NCBI GenBank assembly: GCA_021613535.1
Contig: CP075495.1
Location: forward strand, 1,240,001-1,304,000
DNA from: Adineta vaga
Lineage: Eukaryota > Animalia > Rotifera
DNA length: 64,000 nt
Reading direction: 5' to 3'
In this document: one piece after another, positions 1-11,423 of the stretch
Numbering within the stretch: the stretch's first letter is position 1
Layout: each line of letters opens with the position of its first letter
The notes under the pieces: generated by a model
Seen by the model: the letters and a program-made list of their open reading frames with translations, nothing else
What the model was told of the DNA's origin: nothing
Database searches by the model: none
Made by a program: the position numbers and the translations under genes

Positions 1-38
1 CACAAATATTTTAAAAGAAAAACAAATTCATATAGAAA

Positions 39-3000
39 TTAGTTAGATTGTATTAATTGTAAGAAGGAATCAAGATGATATGCATGTCCCGATAGTAAAT
101 TTTCTAAAATCAATTCTTTTTCTCCGTATACAATATGGCAACTCTTTCGATTTGATAAAGAAATGATTTTTGCTCCTTGTAAGACACCATCTGTCCATCT
201 GATATCCACTTCATAATTTCCTCGTGCTAATAAACCATAAACAAAACCAGTTGGCCAACTTGTTCTCGGTAAAGCTGGTAAAAGTTCAATTCGATTCTTA
301 TGACTTTGAAGAAGCATTTCACAGATAGCTGATGTAGCACCGAAATTTGCATCGATTTGAAATGGTGGACCATCGATTAAATCAAATAGATTTGGAGCAG
401 TATGTGTAGGTGTTAATAACATACAAAGAAGTTGAAAAGCTGTAGAACTTTGATGTAATCGAGCCCAGATATTCGATTTCCATGCTAATGACCATCCAGT
501 TGATGGTATTAAAATACCTCGAAGATCCAATGAACGAAGAGCAGCATCATGATAAAGAGATGGTTCATCGGTAACTGAACTGCCAGGAAAAACACAATAC
601 AAATGAGACCTTTGAAAGATATGATAACGAAAAAAAAGCAGAATGTTGATTGAAATGAACAAATTTCTCTTACATATGTCTGTTATGAAGATCAGCAACT
701 TGATCCCAATCTTCAAACCATTCTTGTAATTGTCCCACTTGTCCAATTTGTATTGGTGGCAATTGTTCTAATGTTTGTTGAACTTCTTGTCGAAATATTG
801 CATCAATATCAAATAGAATAGATGTTTCAATCACTGCTGTAAATAAATCTTTAATTAAAAGAATATCTAATGTTGGTCCTGCACAAACAACGGCATTCAA
901 TTGAACATGATGTGCAACTTCAGGTGACATAGATGGATTGGTAAGTAAATAATTAGATGATTTAATTAAAGTTTCAATGAAAAATTGAGCAGCTGAACGA
1001 AGTATGGGATAATAACGAAGAAGATTGTCTTTATCATTAGTAAATAGATAATGATCGATAATACTTTTACATAACCATACACCACCCATTGGCCATGTAC
1101 CATAGACAGCATCATCAACAGGTGCTGTACCTCTCCAAATATCTGTATTATGATGACATACCCAACTTCCTTCACGTTTCTAAAATTCAATATATTTTTT
1201 GTTATTTATGAACGAAAGACAATAAAATCTTACTGTTCCATAATGTAATTTTGCTGTTGTTTGTCCTGTTTGAGAAATATCATGAATAAGATCAAATAAT
1301 GGTTGATAGCATTCAACTAGATTAGCTGGTCCAGCTAGCCAATAATTCATTTCAATATTGATATTAATCGTATATTTAGATTGCCATGGTGGTGACATAG
1401 AATCATTCCATATACCTTGTAATGTTGCTGCTTGACTACCTGGACGACTTGATGAAATTAATAAATAACGTCCAAATTGAAAATATAAAGTTGGTAGCTG
1501 CGGATCTAAATTAGGATTTTGTGAAAAGACTTGAATACGACGGTCTGTTGGTTGACGCATTGCCGAACTTTCTCCAAGATTTAATCGAACACGACTAAAT
1601 AATGATTGATAATCATTTAAATGACGTTGCATTAATAGATCATAATTTAATTGTAAACACTTTTCTAACATTTTTTCACTTAATAGAATTTCGTCGCCAT
1701 TTACATTGGAATAATTAATATAACTTGTAGCAATTACAATTCTCAGTATGAAGAAACTTGATGAAAATATAATCAAACGATCGTCTAATAGATCACATTG
1801 ACCATCCAATTCAACATTTATCAATAGACGAAAACGAATACTTCCAGGCATTGTTTCACAATCACCACCGATACCATCAACAATCAGCGTATTAGATTTA
1901 TCAACAGATATTTTAATTTTTTGTGGACTTGAAAATGATATGACACTATTGATGGCATTTGGTGTCTATAACAAGATTCATATTTAGTTCTCAATTCTGT
2001 AAGGATGAATTGAGAACACAGAAATTTGTTGTTTGTCCAATGATAGTCTGGGTGGGTTATAGTGGGGATATATATCTGGGGTATTGGGCGAGGGTGCGCG
2101 CAGTGTGTATATGCACCTATGAGCTCGAGGTTAGGAATATACGAAGATTTAGTAGAATGTATCATTGTCTCTTTTAGGATTGAGTTGCGTGAAGTCTAAA
2201 GGACTGACGCGTTAGTTGTACTTTATCTCTGCAAGAAATATATTACCGATGATTGAACATGATAAACCATGCAATTGTCTGGATATGATGCAAAACATGT
2301 ACGTTGATATGAACATCCATTACTATCCGAATAAGTTGGTTGAAGCAATAGCTTTTTCTAAATTCAATTCTCTTTGATATTGATTGATCGTTACCGATGA
2401 TGATTGATGAAAAAAATCAATCAATAAATTACCAACAGGTTGATAAGGTGCTTGACAAATAGGTTTTCCAAAAAAATTCTCCGTTAATATTGTCTGAGCA
2501 TCAATCCATTGTTCATTCTGAATTAGTTGTCGAATTCGAGAAAGATAATTAAAAGCATCTTTATTTGAATAATCATGTGGACAACCAGCCCATAATGTAT
2601 CACTATTCAATTGTATTATTTCATGTGGATATCCACCATAAATCATTCCTCCCATATAACCATTCCCTATTGGTAATGCTTCAAGCCATGTGGAAGCACT
2701 TTGTTCATACCAAAGTGATAATGAAGATGAAGGAGACGATTTTTTTGCACAAATTGAATCATATTTTCTAATTAAAATATTCAATAAATAATCCACTATT
2801 GTGAAATGTTTATAATGAGTAGCCATTCGTAATGGTCTTTATAAATGAATGAACGAACATATTCCTATTTAATTCAATAAGAATGAACTTACTGTAATAT
2901 ATAAATATTTGCTCCTTGTTCATAAAGATATTTAACAATCGATAGATGATTATTTTGTACTGCACAAATTAATGGTGTAAGTTCTTCACATTGAATTAAA

Positions 3001-3161
3001 GTCCAATGATCGTCTTCTGTTTCTTTGAATACGGTTATTATTTCATTGATATTATCGATGTTCACATATTCTTTTACTTGTTCAAGATCACCATTACAAC
3101 ATGACAGATGCAGTTTCGATGATATCATATTGTCTGTATCAATGAATTTGCAGTCTAACAT
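39..3161 (-). CDS. Ankyrin repeat - GH95 alpha-1,2-L-fucosidase fusion, 5 exons, one apparent frameshift near 2337
   Basis: GH95 motifs WLEALPIGNG, YFQFGRYLLISSSRPG, NINIEMNYW, HHNTDIW, GQLQEW, HMSHL and PFQIDANFG. GT-AG introns at 2837-2892, 1966-2246, 1180-1233 and 610-673. The first exon is ankyrin-like (TPLICAVQNNHLSIVKYLYEQGAN). Exact start codon uncertain. Confidence 0.85.
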
Positions 3162-3501
3162 ATGCACGTAGAGAATACAAAAGAATATGTTAAAGATGTT
3201 GAAATATTTTTATCAAAAAAGATAGGTAGAGCAAATCAAACAGAAGTAGCACCTCTTTTCTTTTCTATTTTTAAATTTTTTCATTTCGTTTATCATAAAA
3301 AGAACGATTAGATAAAAAAAAGTTCGTGTAACATCTATTTTCATTTCATAGGTGAATTGATTTCTCAAATAATATAGTTGAAAAAGAGGTCGCACGCAAA
3401 AATCATATCATTTTAAATTATGGTTATGACAAAATTTTCAATAGTCAATTTTATGCGTTTCTATTGTTGTTAAAATGTTGCCTTGTGTAAAGACAAACAA
3501 T

Positions 3502-3958
3502 TTATTTTGACAAGAAATAAAAGGAAAATATAAAAAATAAACTTGTGATGATGCAGTGGTGATGGCGAGTTCCTTCATTACAAAAATCCGAATCTGAACA
3601 ACAATAAACTGATGTAACTCCAATATCAGCTGCCGTTATGCACATTTCATTAGTAGCAGACCGTACGATTATACCAGTAACACCAACACTTTTCTACATC
3701 AGAGAATTTCAGGATTTATTGAAGAAAAATAAAATTCTACAAACTCGACAATATGTTTGATTAACAACAGATACAAAATTTCCACCTGCTGAATTAAATG
3801 GATCAGCACAAGCAGAATTATTGAAACTAGTACAATCGATACAAGTTATTGATCTTGTTTCACCAACAAACACTATGAGTAAATTTTAATTCTAATAATT
3901 ATCATTTGGCATCAAACTTACTCAATAAATAGACAAAAGGTAGAATCCAATACCTCAT
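3502..3958 (-). CDS. Ly6/uPAR three-finger (quiver/sleepless-like) small protein, likely GPI-anchored, 3 exons
   Basis: Not in the ORF track. Spliced translation gives signal peptide MRYWILPFVYLL, then ITCIDCTS..CADPF..YCRK..CITA..YCCSDSDFCN, then a hydrophobic tail. Confidence 0.75.
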
Positions 3959-4464
3959 TTTCTCACACGTCCTTTAAATGTTGGAAAAGAAACTTTTTTT
4001 TTCTGTTTTGCAAGTTATTTATTCGTTTCTTTTCCATTAACTTCAAGGACTTTTTCGAGTTTCAAAACATGGAGAATTCATGTGTAAACATTACTTTTTT
4101 TGCCTCTATGCATTGTATAATTCACGATCTACTCCGTACATTAGGACATAGTTTATATGAAAAGTTTGACAACACGATAAAATGAAAATAATTGTAAAAG
4201 TAATACTTCATTTGAGTATTAAAAATTGATATTATACAATCAAACGCATACTTTTCCATCGATGTTTCGATTCTTTTTTTACATTTCACGAGTTTAATCA
4301 CGTTAATGAATACCATAGACAAATCCATCGAACGTTTGCTCTACAGTTTTACATTCAGCATTCATTTGATAACGAATTTCTTTTGTATATAAAAGATTTT
4401 CCATTCCTAAAAATCGAACGCATCTTTTCTCGATAATTAAGAATAGGCATTATGCAGATCAAAC

Positions 4465-4760
4465 AATAATAATATGTAAAATCTGCGGACCCTAATTGTG
4501 TAGCAAACACGTTCGCTATCATACGCCATATTGTCCAAGTTGTTCATGCTTCTACTGATAATTGTTGTACCCATTTCTGAGTGTTTTTTTCAGTAAAGCA
4601 AAACATACCTCGGCTATTGGTGGAATGTAATCTTGTTCATAATCAATATTATGATAATCGAGAAATCTTCTTTGTCGAACAGTAATTTTATATTTATCTG
4701 AATGACTTATTGTTTTAGTATGTTCATCACTTCAGATAAGTATTGTTGCATCAACATCTA
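4465..4760 (-). pseudogene. Possible decayed gene fragment of unknown family
   Basis: Exon-like segment between ttag and gtatgt translating as DVDATILI*SDEHTKTISHSDKYKITVRQRRFLDYHNIDYEQDYIPPIAE, with a further stop-containing segment downstream. Confidence 0.25.
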
Positions 4761-6959
4761 AATGTAAGAAAAATCGAAGAATTTTTCTCATATCTTGATA
4801 AACATTTACATTTCAAAAATTTAGATTTGGTCAAGAATCTATAAATTGATGTAGACATTATTGATTTCTTTTCGATGTATATATCCGATTCTTTCGAAGT
4901 TCAGCAACAGTTGATTAAGGAAGAGAGAATAATCGCAGTTGATGTAAAATTTCCAAGAAATTTTATTATTATAATAAGAAGTTATTACACGGTTGTTAGA
5001 AATCGGAAATATTTGAACAAGTGTATCATATGAAATGCTTACACTTCATACTTGTCAAGTTAGTATAAAAAATTCATTTGGAATGTAAGAAAACGCTGCA
5101 TAACGTAATATGTAATATAACTGTCTTGTAGGAAGCATTTTACTTGATCATATAAAATGTGAACATAACTGTTGATACTATAGGATCAACTTATTTGTTT
5201 CTATTTGGTAAATATTTTGTTTAAGCAGTGACTGTCACAAATGTATTTGGAAATATGGTGTTAAAACTATACATTTCTCTGACTTAGATTACGATGGACA
5301 TCTAACTTTTTCAGAGATAAAGTTGAACAAGTGAGAATAAATCATATAGCACATCAAAAGGAAATGGTTTCTCAATGTTTCACATATGAATTTCTCCATA
5401 GTAATTATTGTTTCATTAAGATCGTCTGTGACTAGGAAAACCGTTCTTCTCAATTCAAGAATTACTCTCATTACTTAATTGACCATCAGCCATCCCATGT
5501 TTCGGTTTCGAAAACATACAATCATTTTGTTTGTCTCTTATGGAATCTCTAAAATTTCGTGTGAATACTAACAATTCAGAAAATATGATCAGTTTTCTTG
5601 GTAGGAACAGTACTTTTGAATCGACTTTGTATAGTAGATGTTTGCGATCCGTAGTACTATTATTTATAAATGATTTTTTGTGATATTTTAAAAGCAAAAA
5701 ATTGAAAAAGATGCGATTTTACATTCAGTGTATAGGACAGCCAAAATGTTTAACTTCGTTTTTACTGTAAAGTGTAAACCTACACAACAATCGACGACTA
5801 TTTTTTTTATAATTCTTTCTTTCTCGGCTATTTGTTTTTGTTATTTCCTGTTTGGTCGGAAAAATGAACCAATTATGTTACTGATAATAAACTAAGAAAG
5901 CTAAGTAAAAGTAAAAGGAGGAAAAATTTGAATAAAGTAAGTTGGAAAGAAAAGCTGACAGCGCTTCCTCATTTCCCAAGCAACGGAGATAGTTCGATGG
6001 ATATAATTTCACCCTAAATTTTTCAACATGTGTCCTTTCAAAACTTTTAAGCGGACTTCAGACGATAGCATCTTAACCTCTCGAATACCGTTGTCTTCAA
6101 TTGAAAACAAAATAGAGGCACAAGATATTTTTTTCGTTCTGTCAAATCATTCACCAATTATATTCGCTAGAGAGAGAGTGATTCGCCATCTTTTTTTTTT
6201 CTGTATCCAACACTACGAAAAAATTTCTTGGTATTCAGGAGGTTAAAGATTGGGAAAAAACTCCTCTGTCCCTTTTAAAAGAATTTAGAGAGATACAAAA
6301 TAAAATCTTAATGAAATGGCTATCAATTTCTTTTTGTGAAAAAACATCAAAAATGAAATTTGTTTTCGTCTCTTCTCCGTTATAGATTAGAGTCGCCGTG
6401 TAAGAATACGTTCTTTTATTCATTTTCTTTTTTTTCCATATAAACTTTTTTAATAATTTAACAAAAATAAATGCGGAAGTTTCGGATTTCATCCGAGAGT
6501 TGTGTGTACTGTAAAAAGTGTATGAGAGAGATGAACCATTCTCAAATGTCTGAAAGTCAAAATTATCATGAGAAATCTTTTCGATGTGCACGATTTATGA
6601 TCACTTGTTTTGAATGAATTTTTGTGCTTGTATCTAGCGGGATTATAGATGTAAGCAAGCTCATGAATCGATAAGAGATATATGATGGTAGATACATACA
6701 TACATCACCATTTGCATAATAGTTTATCAATATTAATGAAAATCGACATCAGATTTTTCCGATTTGATTGTGCTTTTTACTAGCTAGAAAACTGCATCTA
6801 GGAAATCTTAAAGCTACTATAGTCATCTGAGACATATCTACGAACATTAGTGTTGAAATACAGTTGATCTGCATTTGAGATCTTTTTAGACGAGTTTTAG
6901 TCAGAAAACTAGAATTTCATATTCAAAACTAACATCATATTTAGAATTAACTCTATAGA

Positions 6960-7247
6960 CTAAGTCGATTCATATATGTTTCAAAATAATTTTGAGAAAA
7001 AAATTTTGAAAAAATCCCTGTATTCCCCTCAGGGATGGTTTGCTCAATAATCATAATTTTTTCAATAACCTAACTATTTGACGGAACAATCACATTTTCG
7101 AACTCGCCTGAAATATTGATGAGATAGAACTGTGTTCAAAGTTTCACCATAATCTGACTCTTTTTTCTAAATTTATCGTGTAAAAAGCCGGCCGGACACA
7201 CTGACCGATTATATAGTAGTGTACTCACTTTTTGAATACACTAAAAA
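6960..7247 (+). mobile_element. Helentron/DINE-1-like non-autonomous element, 3' portion
   Basis: TTCGAACTCG..AAGTTTCA..TTATCGTG core, a GCCG/GGAC-type microsatellite remnant, then a terminal stem-loop tagtgtaCtca-ctttt-tgaAtacacta (7217-7243) followed by an A-run. Confidence 0.45.
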
Positions 7248-7760
7248 TAACGTTCTCAAGACAAAATAGGTGGCGTTCAGGAAATTGTACTGTTAACATT
7301 TTCCTTCTGATGTTTTTCCTACTGATTTGTTTCACTATAATCAAAAATAGAATATGACAGCTTCGTTGAGGTCGCTGTTAAATCCGATTCGAACGTCCTA
7401 GAAAAAAAGACGAAAACACAATATTAAATTAACAATATCGAAAGAATAGTGCATGAATTTATATTCCAGTATCATTCACATTTATTTTCATGTCTCTGGA
7501 AAAATCGCTGGGACATTGCGTTTTGACCCCTCAAGACAAATAGTTTTCATAAAACAGAATGCGCAAAAATCACAACAAAATATCTATTTAAATGTGCTGT
7601 TTTGTGTAGTCGTCGAATCTAGAATAGTGTAGTAAATATTTCAAGATAATTGTAGATTTAGATTATTTCTCATTTAATAAGTTTTCGTTTGGAAACTGCA
7701 TTGGTTCTTTTACACTACTTGAACTACAATCATAACAAAATTCTTCTTATTTTATTTATA

Positions 7761-8249
7761 ATGGCAAGACGCAGAATAGAAGTACAACCCATATCTTCTC
7801 TCGAAGATGCACTTGGATATAAATTCAAAAATCAAAATTTACTTCGACAAGCATTGACACATCCAACAGCAGTTACTGAAAGGCATCCAGACGCTTTTAA
7901 GCATGATCTAACCGTTTTAGCATTCATTGGAGATGCTGTACTAAAGTACAGTGTTGCTCGATACTTATTTCTGAATGGGCAGATGGATCTAACGGCAAAT
8001 CGCGCTCAAATGCATGAAGGCGTTCAAAACATCATTTCAAATAGAGTATTAGGCGAAATTGGAGAGGAAAAACTTCATTTAGAACAATATCTTATACGTG
8101 GAAATTCAATACAAAATGTTAACATGAATGTTTATGCGGATTGCGTGGAAGCCATATTGGGTGCTATTGCTCTCGATTGTGAAGTTGGTGGACAAGAAAT
8201 AATTTTCCGTGTAATAGAGAAAATATGTTTCGATCGAATCGAACACTGA
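7761..8249 (+). CDS. Single-domain ribonuclease III without dsRBD, intronless
   Basis: LEDALGYKFKNQNLLRQALTHP, signature variant LAFIGDAVL, and second catalytic motif ADCVEAILGAI. Confidence 0.85.
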   Translation: MARRRIEVQPISSLEDALGYKFKNQNLLRQALTHPTAVTERHPDAFKHDLTVLAFIGDAVLKYSVARYLFLNGQMDLTANRAQMHEGVQNIISNRVLGEIGEEKLHLEQYLIRGNSIQNVNMNVYADCVEAILGAIALDCEVGGQEIIFRVIEKICFDRIEH

Positions 8250-8525
8250 CTTAAATCAACTATGGGCACGCCGATCGTGAGATTATGTTCACGTTTTGGT
8301 AAAAATGTTATTGATTGGCCTAGAAATGAGATCATATTAGCAGCACCAAAGCACAGGTCGACTGTAATGCGGCAACAGAGAAATTGGTGTAGACTATTAT
8401 ATCGATCCTTCTTGTGGATTTTCGCAATTTTTGGATTCTTCATACTTTGTATAATATTCATCTTTATTGTCATACAAGAAGTTTCCTTGAATGGGAAACC
8501 AACACGTCGGTGGTATGAACTTTAA
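8250..8525 (+). CDS. In-frame continuation after the RNase III TGA, with a single transmembrane helix
   Basis: The same frame continues CTT AAA TCA ACT ATG... to TAA at 8525. Hydrophobic stretch FLWIFAIFGFFILCIIFIFIVI is preceded by basic residues. Confidence 0.5.
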   Translation, partial: LKSTMGTPIVRLCSRFGKNVIDWPRNEIILAAPKHRSTVMRQQRNWCRLLYRSFLWIFAIFGFFILCIIFIFIVIQEVSLNGKPTRRWYEL

Positions 8526-9509
8526 GACATAACGTTAGGTAATAAACAAGCGAACATAATCAGTTTCTAGTTTTTTCGTGTTAAATGAGACGAGGTTTCT
8601 AATACTTAATTTTATTTTTAAACTTATTACTAAAAATATTAGTTCACTTTAAAAGATATTTTAATATTTGCAGTATGCTGCATGAAAAATTCTGATTAAA
8701 ATTCTCCCGTGGCAAATGCAACGAACATTAGCTTTCAACTCTGAGAACAGTTGCTCTCATGTAATGAGCATAATCTGCTGTTCAATGGTTCATTTGTGTC
8801 TATTATCCGTCTACAATGGACATAATTCATAATTATTTTTTCAGTTCTATTCGATTTTCATTAGCTCAAGCGAATCATCGTAATAAACGAAGATTTTTGT
8901 TAAGTTAGAGAAATTCGTATAATCGTAGTAACCGCACTTATTATACTCAAAATTGATTTAAATGAATTCACATGTTCCGTGTAGTTGTATCCTTGTAAGG
9001 TTTTGTTTGTTATTATTCTTGATTATTTCCATGAGTAAAAAGCCTTCTAGATAGGATTTTATCTTTTATCAGCAACAGCTATTCTGATGACTTTCAAGTG
9101 TTTTTTTTAATCAATAACAATGCTGATATAATGACTAAGAGATGAATGACGTCCCATGCAACTCGGAAAAAACCTTTTCGTTCGTTGTTGGAAACTTCCA
9201 AAAAAAACAAGTTGACTCATACTTTACAGCGTAAGAAAAGCAATGGCAACCTTATTTCATACTTTATATCGACATCTGAGACCAGATGTAAAATATATTG
9301 AAGAGAAACAACCCACATTTATATACTATCCGGTCGGATTTTTCCAACTATGAATCATTATATAAATAGAGAATATACTGCATTTATAACACCAACAAGA
9401 CATATCGTTGCAACATTTTGTCTACAAGATTCGTCTTGTAACACTGCGTCCAGTCACCGTTATAGCACTCTATATTGATCTTCTTTTTCTTGTTGAATTT
9501 TTTTAGAAA

Positions 9510-9956
9510 ATGGCATGTTCTTTGTTGATTATATGGTTAGATCTCAATGCCAATGATAATGTCAGTAGTTTTCGTGACAAATTAGTCCATAATCAAAGTG
9601 AATATGTGAAAATCTTTACAGATAGTCAAACATGCATCGAGTTTATTCAAAGTCAAGTGAATAAAGTTATTTTCTTTATTCTATCTGGCTCGTTTGGTTC
9701 ACAAGTAGTACCGATTATCTATGATCTCGAACAAATATATCAAATTTATTTATTTTGTGGTTCTATATCGGCTCATGTTAGTTGGGCAGTAGATTACACA
9801 GACAAAATGTTTATGTTTGAACATGAAGATGATTTACTTGAAAGAGTTTGTAAAGAAATCGAAAGATACTTACGTCAAAAAGCAAAACAGTATATTGCGC
9901 AAGCTGATTTATTCAAAGGTCGAGCTCAAGTATTTAAACAAGAATCGTGCGGATGA
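9510..9956 (+). CDS. Stand-alone receiver-like (CheY-fold-like) domain protein
   Basis: LIIWLD..FTDSQTCIEFI..IFFILSGSFGSQVVP..QIYQIYLFC..WA matches the N-terminal domain of the 27228 gene (LIWLD..FDNSQDCEHYI..LILIVSGRLG..QIVSIYVFC..WA). Confidence 0.7.
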   Translation: MACSLLIIWLDLNANDNVSSFRDKLVHNQSEYVKIFTDSQTCIEFIQSQVNKVIFFILSGSFGSQVVPIIYDLEQIYQIYLFCGSISAHVSWAVDYTDKMFMFEHEDDLLERVCKEIERYLRQKAKQYIAQADLFKGRAQVFKQESCG

Positions 9957-10559
9957 AATGAACAAAATTTTCTTTTTGATGAATTTAATATAAAGGATTC
10001 ATTTGAGTTCCATTATATCGAATAAACTACTTCTAAGTGAATAATTTTGTGAAACACGATCTGAAAGAAAGTGTTGAAGTGTTTATGGGCTGAAATTACG
10101 GCCGCCACCCCCGTCCCTACAGACGTTACCGACTGATTCAATGACTCCATCTTGCGGGTTTGGACGTGGACGAGGATAGCCCACACTGATCCTCACTATC
10201 AATCAAAACAGATTTATCGTGTTTCACATATTCAATCCCAAAGGGATTGCGCTAAAAGCTTTCTAACCTAGATAAACACGATCAGACAGATATAATATCA
10301 AAATCAAATCTTGTATTTATGCAAATAGATCAATTGAAATGAATAATCGCAATTTGACATTTATAATATTACGTTCTTTAATCCTTGTTTTTCTCTTTCC
10401 AAAGTTTAGCTTTTTCTTTTAATCTAAATACACTCTAACATTGTCTTTTGAAAAGATTATAAATCTTTTCTTCTGTTTGACCTTCATCTATATATGAATC
10501 TTCGAAATTTTTTCTTTTTCTCATTTTAATCGATTTCTACTCCAGAAGAAAAGTCTACA

Positions 10560-11232
10560 ATGCCGAAAGACTTGAATAGAATTCTATTTCTTTTATCATT
10601 TATTATAACAATTGAATGTCGACGTAATCTTCGTGATTATATTGTATCACATCAATATTCATCTGGATTAACTCAAGAAGAATTTTCCGTTTATGATCCA
10701 GTAGAAAATAGTTTACTTTGTCGTTTTGAAACAATGGGTTATACATATAATCGATATTCAAATCTCGTTAGTTATCCATCACTTCAACCTATTGGATTAA
10801 TACGAGATATATGGTCACCATTTCGTAAGATTTTTATTTTAGGAAAAAAACATGATTTTCTTAGTAAGAAATTTTTCTTCTATAGTTTATCAAGGATATT
10901 TTAATGTATTAGATGACAGATTAAATCAATGGATGAATGGATATGTTTATCAACGTTATCGACCTCAAGGTTTTCGATTTGCTATTGAATATGGTGGACA
11001 TTCTTATATCATGGAAAATCGAATTGGTTCATCGATAACAGAAATTCGCGATGAGAAAAAACCGAATTATCTTCTTACACGTTTTCATCAAACTTATATC
11101 GATCCAATAACTGGTTCACTAAAATACAATGTGAAAGTTTTTACAGATGATCTACCAGATCCAATCTATATGATGGCACTCTACGCATATGATTCCATAA
11201 CATCGAAAAGAAAAAACAAATTAAGACCATAA
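10560..11232 (+). CDS. Secreted protein with possible LURP-one/Tubby-C-like fold, 2 exons
   Basis: Signal peptide. Intron 10825-10885 joins the two ORFs in frame. Beta-rich FSVYD..LLCRFE pattern. Confidence 0.55.
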
Positions 11233-11423
11233 TCAATGAACTCCTACTAAAGTATCTGTTTTTTCTTTTCTATCTTGTAAAATAAATAATCAAATCCTGC
11301 AAATCTATATTATTAGTTAAGAAGATTGTAAGATGATGAAGATAATTTTTATTTGATTACTATTCTAATTATTGCTTATTTAAATGAAATAGAATTCATG
11401 ACGGAAAAAAAAGATTAATAAAT

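Noticed and set aside
4122-6701. Short ORFs of 60-118 aa in the gene-poor stretch
   Set aside because: No motifs, and F/K/I-rich composition typical of chance ORFs in AT-rich DNA.
8247-8249. In-frame TGAs as selenocysteine or a TGA=Trp genetic code
   Set aside because: Many intact genes here end in TGA, the positions are not redox sites, and I recognised no SECIS element.
8704-8732. cccgtggcaaatgcaacg as a Helitron 3' hairpin
   Set aside because: The stem is poor and there is no CTRR terminus at the expected distance.
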